From: an uncultured virus (IMG/VR IMGVR_UViG_3300027365_000012)
Taxonomy: Duplodnaviria > Heunggongvirae > Uroviricota > Caudoviricetes
DNA: 20,000 bases
Reading direction: 5' to 3' (one strand)
IMG/VR virus record: IMGVR_UViG_3300027365_000012
The stretch's first letter is position 1. Each line of letters starts with the position of its first letter. The notes under the pieces are model-generated. The model saw only the letters and a program-made list of their open reading frames with translations, had not been told where the DNA came from and did not search any database. Shown piece after piece: positions 8,813 through 15,857 of the stretch. Both the position numbers and the translations under genes were made by a program.

Positions 8813-9688
8813 CTCGAATCTCCGGGGGTCACTGGTGGTGGTTGTGGAAGCGGCGCTTCCGATGAGATCGGCCAAGGTGGTAACCCGGTCGATCAGTCCT
8901 ACCGCAAGCGCTTCTTCAGCGAAGAAGGTCTTGCCCTCTGCCCAACGATCGCGCTCGCTCATCATCAGGTTTCGGTTGCGGGATACGTGCTCGAGGAAGA
9001 ACTTGTTGGTCTTTTCGAGGTTGTCTTGGAGGTAGGCCTTGGCCTTGTCGTCGAGATCTTCATACGGCAGGCCCAGTGCCTTGAACTCGCCGGCCCGGAA
9101 GACGTGGTACTCGATGCCTTCCTTTTCGGCTGCCTTGACGTAGGTGGTCAGCACCATGAGTGTGCCGATCGAGCCGACCTCGGCCATGCGAGAGGCCGTG
9201 ACCTGGCGTGCAGTGGAAGCCATCCAGTAGCCTGCAGAGAATGCATGCGAGTCGGTATGGGCGTAGACCGGCTTGCGTTTGTCGGCGCGCCGCATTGCGT
9301 CGGACATGATGTCCAGGCCGCGGACCACGCCGCCGCCGGTGGCAAAGTCCATGAGAATTTCATCGATTCCCTCCTCGTCCAGCGCGATCTGCAGGGCGTC
9401 GGCGATGGCCTCGTAGCTGGCCACGTAACCTGCCATCCAGGCGTGCCACCACTGGTGGGTGTTGGTCAGCGAGCCGTGCACCTTGACGATTGCCATGTTG
9501 CCGACACGGTCGAGCAGGTACAGGCCTTTGCGGTCGCTGTAGACGTTGAAGTTCTTGTCCCGGGTGGGGTGGCCGTCTTCGTCTTCGTCGTAGGCGACCT
9601 TCTCCGGCGGCTTGCCGGCGTACATAGCCTCGAAGCGATCGAGCTCAGCCAGCGCCTCTTCGGTGCCCAGCCAGGTGCGGAACTTCAT
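8294..9688 (-). CDS. Prohead protease, peptidase S49 family, with C-terminal scaffold domain
   Basis: Motifs ILMDFATGGG, AFSAGYWMAS (catalytic Ser), VGSIG, RAGEFK (Lys), AEEALAVGLIDRV; acidic coiled-coil C-terminus. SD AAGGAG. Confidence 0.92.
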   Translation of the reverse strand: MKFRTWLGTEEALAELDRFEAMYAGKPPEKVAYDEDEDGHPTRDKNFNVYSDRKGLYLLDRVGNMAIVKVHGSLTNTHQWWHAWMAGYVASYEAIADALQIALDEEGIDEILMDFATGGGVVRGLDIMSDAMRRADKRKPVYAHTDSHAFSAGYWMASTARQVTASRMAEVGSIGTLMVLTTYVKAAEKEGIEYHVFRAGEFKALGLPYEDLDDKAKAYLQDNLEKTNKFFLEHVSRNRNLMMSERDRWAEGKTFFAEEALAVGLIDRVTTLADLIGSAASTTTTSDPRRFEMNISAEKLAQIAAGADPKTVLTAEELKHYEASLETTEPEANEGNGKGGDEPEAEEPEKPATEASTDTMALMKEIGRLEAKLEAAEADNATLQQELACREAQMASLLTVAQVAVGNLQVALQRPREAKSTAAEVVAQFNELQGDMAKRFKTGQQTTTPTEDNTRPAANTSFRH

Positions 9689-9752
9689 ATCGTCTCCTTG
9701 GAAACGCTTTCACCAAACCCAACAGGGGTCAGGCCGTCGTACTCTTCACGGG

Positions 9753-11210
9753 TCACTGGTCGTCCCCTCCGGATTTGCTTGGCGTGCCAGGGTTTAGGGC
9801 GCGCCCGGTTGAACTTTCACGCTCGCCCTCGCCGGTCGGCGCGGATTTGCCGTAGAAGCCGGTGCCGGCCAGCAGGCTGGCCAGCCCCTGCGGACGCACA
9901 CCCAGTTGGTAGCAAGCCTCGGCGTCGTTGATCAGCCCGTGACTGAGCAGCTCCAGGACCCGCTTCTGCTTGGTACCTTTGTAGGCCTCGAGCTCCTCCT
10001 CAGGACGCAGGTTGACCGGCATGAACTCGAAGTAGACGTGCCCCTCGATACCAAGCAGTCGTACCGCCAGGGTCAACGCGCGGCTCATGACCTCTTCGAC
10101 TGGCGGCCGGGCGGCCTCTACCACCTTCAGGTAGATGAGGGTCTCGGCGTTGGATAGTGCCTGGCTGCCGCCGGCCCGCAGGCCGCTTACGGACGCCGGG
10201 GTCTTCAGCGATGCGCCGAGCAGGTTGCCGAGGGTGGTCAGCATCGGGCTGTAGTCAGCCTTGCTGCCGCCGGTGTCCTTGACCTCGTACTCGACCGAGT
10301 CGTAGGCGACCAGAGCGTCTTCTGGCTCCAGTCCTTCTAAGGCTTCCTCGACCTGCTGCCGAACCTCGTTGAAGAACTGGTTGCGCTTGGCTGGGTCGTT
10401 CTTGATTTGGTCCGGCGCGGAGGCCAGCACCTTCTCGCTAAGCAGCTTCGCCACCAGGCGGCTATGCCCGGTGCGGTTCACTGCGCGGTTGGTGTCTTCC
10501 AGAAACTCGTTGAAGTTGATCGTGTGCGTCAGCCCCGGCCGCAGCAGGCTTACCGCGTACGCCTCGTCGGCATTGCGGTTGTGTTCGGCGATGAAGACGG
10601 TTGGCAGGTTGAGGCCGATCTCACCGCTATCCTGCGTCGGGTAACGCCCGCCCTTGCCGTCGGCCTCCCAGGCGATAGTCGAGTAGCCGATCGGAACCAG
10701 CCGCTCAGGGCCGAACGCCTCGTCCAGGACAAGCTCAACTCCGCAGCCGCCGGTGCCTACCACATCGATCTGAAGGGTGGTCAATAGCGACTGCAGGCCG
10801 GGCTTGTCGTTGAAGCCTTGGCTGTAGTCATGCAGGGTGCTCAGGCGGTCGAGCAGCGAGTAGGCGGTACCCATCACCGCCAGGTCCATCGCCCCTTCAG
10901 CGTTGTAGCAGGCCAGTCGGTAGCCGCTGTTCGCGGCCAGCGCCACCATGCTGTTGGCAGCCGAGCTGAACAGGCCGTCCTCTCGCATGAGGACCCTGAT
11001 GATCTCGTTGACGTTCGACCGGTCGCGGATGTTCTTGATCGCGTTCGCAACGTAGGTGTTGAGCTCGTTGCGGATCGACTGGCCCTTGTCGAAGTCGGAA
11101 CCGGGGCGCTTGGCGCGAGCCTTGCCGGCGAGATTGCGCTTAGGCAGAACGACGCTCGCTCCGGCTGCTGCGGAGCGATTGGTGTTCTTTCCTGGTTGGG
11201 ATCTCGCCAT
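9753..11210 (-). CDS. Portal protein
   Basis: 485 aa between terminase and protease. Helical, with portal-like C-terminal features (FEFMPVNLRPEEELE, GLINDAEACYQLG). Call rests mainly on synteny and size. Confidence 0.82.
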   Translation of the reverse strand: MARSQPGKNTNRSAAAGASVVLPKRNLAGKARAKRPGSDFDKGQSIRNELNTYVANAIKNIRDRSNVNEIIRVLMREDGLFSSAANSMVALAANSGYRLACYNAEGAMDLAVMGTAYSLLDRLSTLHDYSQGFNDKPGLQSLLTTLQIDVVGTGGCGVELVLDEAFGPERLVPIGYSTIAWEADGKGGRYPTQDSGEIGLNLPTVFIAEHNRNADEAYAVSLLRPGLTHTINFNEFLEDTNRAVNRTGHSRLVAKLLSEKVLASAPDQIKNDPAKRNQFFNEVRQQVEEALEGLEPEDALVAYDSVEYEVKDTGGSKADYSPMLTTLGNLLGASLKTPASVSGLRAGGSQALSNAETLIYLKVVEAARPPVEEVMSRALTLAVRLLGIEGHVYFEFMPVNLRPEEELEAYKGTKQKRVLELLSHGLINDAEACYQLGVRPQGLASLLAGTGFYGKSAPTGEGERESSTGRALNPGTPSKSGGDDQ

Positions 11211-11212
11211 TA

Positions 11213-11233
11213 ACTGTATTTACAGGTTTACGG
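11213..11233. promoter_or_regulatory. Palindromic motif ACTGTATTTACAGG plus adjacent half-site TTTACGG, abutting the portal start codon
   Basis: The 14-mer at 11213-11226 lies 2 nt from the portal ATG, where an SD would be expected; no SD is evident. Confidence 0.7.
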
Positions 11234-11352
11234 TTTGGGGCGGATTATTAGGTATGCAACCCATTGGCGCAATAGGGTATTTTCACCCGCAGGTTGCGAA
11301 TCATGGCTCATCGCCGCTACGCTTCCGTAATCACAGGAAGAACGCGCATTCC

Positions 11353-11661
11353 ATGGTCAGAATATTTTTCGCAGCAGTGTTGGTTTCGGCACTGGTAGGT
11401 TGTCAGGCCGGGCCAGAAGCGAGGCTGAAAGAGGCCGCCAGGCAGACCGATTTCATCGGCAACCCAGACAGCGTCCAGTTCAGAAACGTGGCAGACGGTG
11501 CGCCTGGTGTGCTCTGCGGGGAGATGAAGTACGAACTGGCGAACGGCAGCTGGAGCGAGTGGACACCGTTCATTCACCAGTTAAAGGCGCTGGAGGTGCG
11601 CAGGCCATACAGCGGAGAAGTCGTCGACGAACTGAACGAGAAGCTCTGCGGCAAGCGCTGA
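11353..11661 (+). CDS. Small lipoprotein (moron-like insertion, opposite strand)
   Basis: ATG at 11353 after AGGAAG. Signal peptide MVRIFFAAVLVSALVG-C with lipobox LVGC, NPDSVQFRNV...LCGE motif and a C-terminal Cys; 102 aa. Confidence 0.8.
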   Translation: MVRIFFAAVLVSALVGCQAGPEARLKEAARQTDFIGNPDSVQFRNVADGAPGVLCGEMKYELANGSWSEWTPFIHQLKALEVRRPYSGEVVDELNEKLCGKR

Positions 11662-11664
11662 GCT

Positions 11665-13401
11665 TCACCACCCTGTCCTGGTCGCCGGCTTAGCGCCGGC
11701 GTTACTGCCTAGCTTCACCTTCCCCACGCTCGGCGGCGCCGAGATGACCGCCGACAGCCCGAGGTCTTCCACCAGCAGCGCAGCGACGTTGGCATAGTTC
11801 AGTGCGTGCACCCAGTGGTCGGTGTCGCTGGTCTTGATGAACCGCTCGACCATCTCCCCGTCCGGCCCCTTCGCGCGAATCTTCTTGGTGGTCTTGAGGT
11901 GCTCGAAGATCTCTTTGGTGATCTCCTCGCGCATCGGGTAGTGAATCTCGCCGGCGTTGTGCTTGTTCAACAGCAGCGAAAGCGTCTTCGTGCGGTCGGC
12001 ATTGACGACCATACCGTCAGCTTTCTCGTCGATCGGGAGGATTCCGCTGACTTTGTTCACATAGACCACCGCCCTGATGCCGAGCCTGGCGCCCACCAGG
12101 CTGTTGACCAGGGTGATGTCTGGGCCGGCGTCGATGCACAGCATGGCCATGCGGAAGTAGTCGTAGCGCTCAAGCACCTGACCGGTGGCAGGGCTCTCCC
12201 TGGTGTTGCGGATCTTCTCGGCCCACACGACGTGCCAGTGGCGGCCGACCTTCGCCTTGACGACGAAGTGGCACGTCTTGCCGACGTCCATCCCGCCGAT
12301 GGTCTGGCAGGTCACAGCCCATTGGCCAAATATCCACAGATCGACGTCGCTCACCCGCTTGCGGTGCTCATCGGTGGCCGTGAAGTTGTTTTCCGCGTCG
12401 TTGTACGGCAGGCCTATGACGAAGTTGTAGAAGTCGCTGCGCAGCGGGTAATCGCCCATCTGCTTGATGATAGCCGGCGGCGTGTTGTACTTGGGCACGT
12501 CCCAAGGGAACACCTGGTAGCTGTGGTCCCATACGTCTGGCCGCTTTGCCACCCACTGCCGGCGCTCGGGGTCGAGCAGGGCCTGCTGCAGGTCTTTACC
12601 GCAGCAGGGGCACTTGATGTAGGCGTCCTGGATCCGGAAGCGCCTGTCATTGACGTCATCCTTCGTGAACCTGACGATGCTGTCGTCGAAGCCCGGGACG
12701 ATGAAGTCGTGGTCGAAGTCGGGTAGCACCCACTGCCGGCAGCCGAGGCATTTGACCATGTAGTGCAACTGGTTTCCGGCCAGGAATCCCTTGTTTACCC
12801 CGTACTCGTCGACGGTTGGCGTCGAGAAGCGCATCCGCATGCCGCGGTTGCCCATCTCGTCGACCATGCTGGCGTGGCGCAGGCGGGAGTTCAGCTTCCC
12901 GAGCACGACCTCATTGGAGAAGTCGACCTCATCACTGATCACTACCTCGGCAGGAACGGAAATAGCGCTGTTGGCGCCGAATGAGCCAGTGATGTACAGC
13001 GTGCAGGTGCCGATCTTCTTCTGGCTCGCGCTGTTGCTCGCCTTGTGCACCAACCCGCTATAGAAATCTGAGCTGTCGATCGCAGTGTCGAAGCGGTCCT
13101 TGGAGAACGGCATCGCCATGTCGCGGGTCGGCAGGGTGAAGATGATCCGAATGTGCTTCATGGTGGCGCCCATGGCGATGGTCTTCTGAACCATCACCTC
13201 AGAGAGGCCAACCTGGGAGCACTTCTGGACGTCTATTCGGGCCCGAGTGTCTTTGATGATCTCCTGCTGGAACTCGTGGTCCTTGAAGGAGTACGGCTTC
13301 CCGTTGACGCGGCCGTACTTGAGCACGACCTTGTCCAACTCGCGCAGCCCCTCCTCGCGGTTGAGCTGCATCCTGAGTCTACTAGACGCGGAAGCCGACA
13401 T
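11665..13401 (-). CDS. terL: Terminase large subunit, lambda GpA-like ATPase plus nuclease
   Basis: Adenine-binding HEFQQEI, Walker A-like KCSQVGLSE, Walker B VVISDEVD, motif III FSTPT, Zn-ribbon CLGC...CPCC, RNase H-like GGMDVG, CIDAGP, DHWVHALNY. Confidence 0.95.
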   Translation of the reverse strand: MSASASSRLRMQLNREEGLRELDKVVLKYGRVNGKPYSFKDHEFQQEIIKDTRARIDVQKCSQVGLSEVMVQKTIAMGATMKHIRIIFTLPTRDMAMPFSKDRFDTAIDSSDFYSGLVHKASNSASQKKIGTCTLYITGSFGANSAISVPAEVVISDEVDFSNEVVLGKLNSRLRHASMVDEMGNRGMRMRFSTPTVDEYGVNKGFLAGNQLHYMVKCLGCRQWVLPDFDHDFIVPGFDDSIVRFTKDDVNDRRFRIQDAYIKCPCCGKDLQQALLDPERRQWVAKRPDVWDHSYQVFPWDVPKYNTPPAIIKQMGDYPLRSDFYNFVIGLPYNDAENNFTATDEHRKRVSDVDLWIFGQWAVTCQTIGGMDVGKTCHFVVKAKVGRHWHVVWAEKIRNTRESPATGQVLERYDYFRMAMLCIDAGPDITLVNSLVGARLGIRAVVYVNKVSGILPIDEKADGMVVNADRTKTLSLLLNKHNAGEIHYPMREEITKEIFEHLKTTKKIRAKGPDGEMVERFIKTSDTDHWVHALNYANVAALLVEDLGLSAVISAPPSVGKVKLGSNAGAKPATRTGW

Positions 13402-13410
13402 CTTTCCCCC

Positions 13411-13623
13411 TTAGCTGCTTACGACTGCGGCTTCCTGGGCCGGTACCAGGCTCACGGGCAGGTACAGGTCGAAGCTCTGTTCGAGGGAATCGATCGCCAG
13501 TAACGCCATCCGGGCGCCTGCGTTCGCAATGAGGTCAACCAATCGGCTGCCAGTGTCCGCTGTCCAAGTCCCTTCGGCGGATACGCGGATCGGCAAGAAG
13601 CCGAACATCAGGTATTTGTCCAT
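13411..13623 (-). CDS. Hypothetical protein (70 aa)
   Basis: Probable ATG at 13623 (MDKYLMFGFLP) after AGGAAAGAG; ends 10 nt before the terL start. Confidence 0.55.
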   Translation of the reverse strand: MDKYLMFGFLPIRVSAEGTWTADTGSRLVDLIANAGARMALLAIDSLEQSFDLYLPVSLVPAQEAAVVSS

Positions 13624-13800
13624 GGTGTTGCTCTTTCCTGCTGTGAAATCAGATCTTTTTGCACTCAAGGCTCGCCTTGTGATGTCTTTTTGACACTATT
13701 ATCGTCGGCGGTGGCGAATGATGCTCCAGTGCCTGAGCTTTGTCACACAGCCAAATGTCAAGTTTTCAAGCACATATGTGGGTAGCGTCCTCACTCCTTG

Positions 13801-13814
13801 CCTGTAAATACGGC
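13801..13814. promoter_or_regulatory. Palindromic motif CCTGTAAATACGGC
   Basis: Intergenic copy of the recurring motif, downstream of the putative terminase small subunit gene. Confidence 0.6.
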
Positions 13815-13843
13815 GAAAACTAGGCATTAAGCCTTTCGTCGGC

Positions 13844-14398
13844 TCAGCTTCCCTCCCCTGTTTCAATCCTCTCCAGCTCCTCGAGCAGGGCCTCCTGCTG
13901 CTTGCGGGTCAGGTGCGTCTCCATCACCCGCCGCAGAGCCTCCTCCTGCTTCTGGATTCGGTCGATCGTGTAGATCTTGGGGAGGTCGCGGACCATCACC
14001 TGGGTCACCTTCAGCGACAGGTTCATGGCGTCTTTCAGGGGGATGTCGTAATCCTCGGCGGTATTCGTCACCGTGCCGTCAGGGTTGACAATTCGTCGCA
14101 GCACCGTGTCCACGAGCTGGATCTGCTGCTTGAACGTCATCAGCACCGATGCTTCGAGTCCAGCGATCTTGGCGACCAGGTCCCTGCGCGCTGCCGGGCT
14201 CATGGCGTCGACGATCGCTTGCTGGACGTCGAGCGGCAGCAGGTCCTGTCTGAGGGCCCCGATGACGTCCTGGACAGCTGCCCGGAGCCCTGGGTCGTTC
14301 GACATGTCGTCAGGCTGGCCGTACGTGGTCAGGTCGGCGTGCGGATTGACCTGACGCCGGCGGCCGGGCCCGTCGTCGATGTCTGGGCGGTTCAGCAC
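13844..14398 (-). CDS. Putative terminase small subunit
   Basis: 184 aa, helical/coiled-coil, GTG start with GGAG SD, upstream of terL. Function from position only. Confidence 0.55.
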   Translation of the reverse strand: MLNRPDIDDGPGRRRQVNPHADLTTYGQPDDMSNDPGLRAAVQDVIGALRQDLLPLDVQQAIVDAMSPAARRDLVAKIAGLEASVLMTFKQQIQLVDTVLRRIVNPDGTVTNTAEDYDIPLKDAMNLSLKVTQVMVRDLPKIYTIDRIQKQEEALRRVMETHLTRKQQEALLEELERIETGEGS

Positions 14399-14411
14399 GT
14401 TACTACTCCAG

Positions 14412-14540
14412 TCATTGGTCAGCGTCCTCTCCGTTCGACATGTGGAAGGCGCTCTCGAGCTCGCGGAGCGCCTTCTGCATCAGGATCGCGGCTGCTGTGC
14501 CGGCGGCGCCGACACAGAGCAACAAGGCCAAGACTGCCAC
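14412..14540 (-). CDS. Small hydrophobic protein (42 aa; below the ORF-track cutoff)
   Basis: GTG directly after the HU stop: MAVLALLLCVGAAGTAAAILMQKALRELESAFHMSNGEDADQ. Fills the gap between HU and the next gene; one predicted TM/signal segment. Confidence 0.5.
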   Translation of the reverse strand: MAVLALLLCVGAAGTAAAILMQKALRELESAFHMSNGEDADQ

Positions 14541-14822
14541 TTACGCCTCGGCCCGTACCTGGTCGGGGTTCGCGCTGTAGGTCAGCACCGTGCGAGCTGG
14601 GACGTTGACCGGATTGCTCACGATGCCGGGGTTGATCGTACGGGCCTTGTACTGGCGAGCCCGGAACTTGCCGAAGCCGCGGAGCGTGAGGTGGCCTTTA
14701 TCGAAGGTCAGGTGGCTGATCCCTTCCAGGGTGGCTTCCACGGCTTGCTTGGCAGCTGCTTTGGTCAGGCCTGTGCGGTCGGCGACGTGGGAGATGAGGT
14801 CTTTCTTGGTGGCGTAGGTCAT
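14541..14822 (-). CDS. HU/IHF-family DNA-binding protein
   Basis: ATG at 14822 after AGGA; 93 aa. TKKDLISHVADRTGLTKAAAKQAVEATLEGI...LTLRGFGKF...KAR..NP....V.VPAR matches the HU signature. Confidence 0.92.
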   Translation of the reverse strand: MTYATKKDLISHVADRTGLTKAAAKQAVEATLEGISHLTFDKGHLTLRGFGKFRARQYKARTINPGIVSNPVNVPARTVLTYSANPDQVRAEA

Positions 14823-14919
14823 GGTCGTTGTCCTGTTCTTCTTGGGTTCAGGTCTCGGCGAGGTCCGATTGTTGGCTTCGGGAGTGGCCGACGTCCTCGA
14901 CACACCATGAAGCTGTAAA

Positions 14920-14933
14920 CCTGTATTTGCAGG
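14920..14933. promoter_or_regulatory. Palindromic motif CCTGTATTTGCAGG with adjacent half-site CTGTAAA (14913-14919)
   Basis: Upstream of the first gene of the minus-strand operon; overlaps the predicted start site of the leftward promoter. Confidence 0.7.
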
Positions 14934-14938
14934 AGTGC

Positions 14939-14967
14939 AGGTTATGGCCCACTTCCTGGGTTGTAAA
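14939..14967 (-). promoter_or_regulatory. Putative sigma70-type promoter for the HU/terminase operon
   Basis: -35 TTTACA (14967-14962), 17 bp, -10 TAACCT (14944-14939), with A/T tracts upstream. Confidence 0.45.
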
Positions 14968-15151
14968 GGGATTTCCTGGTGAAATTATGGCGAAATTGGC
15001 GGTTTTGTGGCTATAAAAGTATAAATAGCTAAGAAAAATGCAAAATTTTTGCGCGCGGAGGTAGGCGGGCTGTGACGCCTCCTATAACAAAAAAAGAGGG
15101 CCGGGGTCAGCTCTTATGCTTTTATATTCTTATCTTTTCCGCGCTTGTCGC

Positions 15152-15180
15152 TTGTTTCTACTGTTTTGCTTACGTATAGT
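15152..15180 (+). promoter_or_regulatory. Putative sigma70-type early promoter
   Basis: -35 TTGTTT (15152-15157), 17 bp, -10 TATAGT (15175-15180). AT-rich upstream (15113-15138). Predicted start about 15187. Confidence 0.6.
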
Positions 15181-15264
15181 TCATTCCGTGGCCAGGCAAT
15201 TACTGGTGGCCACCGAGGCAAGCTCCACCGCCTCGCCTGGCACTGGCTTTGCCTGCGCCTCGAC

Positions 15265-15276
15265 CGTTCTTTAAAC
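15265..15276 (+). promoter_or_regulatory. boxA-like antitermination element
   Basis: CGTTCTTTAAAC versus rrn/phage boxA YGCTCTTTAACA, about 80 nt after the predicted start and directly after a stem (CGAGGC 15214-15219 / GCCTCG 15257-15262). Confidence 0.5.
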
Positions 15277-15564
15277 CTGCTGGCTTGCCGCTCTGACCGA
15301 GCGGCTTTGATTGAGTCACGACGGCGCAGCTTGCGCCGTTGCGGATAGCCTCGCCAATTGTCTGACAATGGCTGGCGCTACCATTACTGGATGAACACCC
15401 GGCGACACTGGCGCCGAGTGCCGATAGTGGAACCAAAGCGCAAGAGGCAACACGCCAGACGGTCAAAGCCTCGGCGGGCATGGCGCCCCGCTTTGCAGCC
15501 TACGGGCATGCAGGGCGAAGCCATGCCCGACGATCGAGAAGACGGCTCGCACTGCATTGGGCGG

Positions 15565-15578
15565 CCTGTAAATACAGG
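15565..15578. promoter_or_regulatory. Palindromic motif CCTGTAAATACAGG capping an 11-bp stem (15560-15583)
   Basis: GGCGGCCTGTA-AA-TACAGGTTGCC, with two G-U pairs on the + strand. Confidence 0.7.
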
Positions 15579-15857
15579 TTGCCGGATCATTAAAAACTCA
15601 AAGCTCCGACCATCGATCTGCGCCCTACTGCGCCCCTTGTGTCGCTCGCCTGCTATCTGCCGCCAGTGTCGGCGATAGCGCCAAAGTCGAGCGGCGCATG
15701 GCGCTACAAAACGGGCCCTATCGACCGGAGCATGGAAACGAATCGAGCGGCTGGGAAGCCAGCCGCTCGCATAGTGCCTTCGACAATGCGCCCGACTAGG
15801 ACGCATTGCAGAAAGTATTAAAGAAAATCAGAAAGCTAATCGACCGGAGTTCCCACC

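Larger units (their letters stand above)
15187..15810 (+). ncRNA. Candidate large structured RNA or long structured 5' leader
   Basis: No credible ORF. At least eight local hairpins plus nested long-range complementary segments, downstream of a promoter and containing a boxA-like sequence. No known family recognised. Confidence 0.5.

Noticed and set aside
14412..14540. Small hydrophobic ORFs (also 19134-19307) as holins or a lysis cassette
   Set aside because: No endolysin or spanin genes nearby; a single hydrophobic segment is insufficient evidence.
14823..14903. N-terminal extensions in the ORF track (HU from 14903; also 3915, 5010, 5771, 11056, 16795, 17473, 19023)
   Set aside because: Downstream ATGs have SD sequences or stop/start coupling and match expected domain starts; several of the extensions overlap neighbouring genes.
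218..14918. Many long + strand ORFs (e.g. 1100-2026, 2815-3921, 5864-7876, 8729-9931, 11806-12726)
   Set aside because: Antisense shadows of high-GC minus-strand structural genes; no SD, no motifs, implausible composition. Only the lipoprotein at 11353-11661 is retained.
2822..15027. TGTAAATA/TATAAATA as T4-type late promoters
   Set aside because: The motif is a two-fold palindrome found in both orientations, including sites not preceding a co-oriented gene; no gp55-like sigma is visible.
15187..15810. Structured region as tRNA, tmRNA or a group I/II intron
   Set aside because: No TTCRA T-loop/cloverleaf, no group II GTGCG start or domain V signature, and no interrupted host gene identified by eye.
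15114..15821. Short Arg/Cys/Trp-rich ORFs on both strands in the divergent region
   Set aside because: No usable SD spacing, mutually overlapping, composition typical of non-coding GC-rich DNA; the region is better explained by RNA structure.
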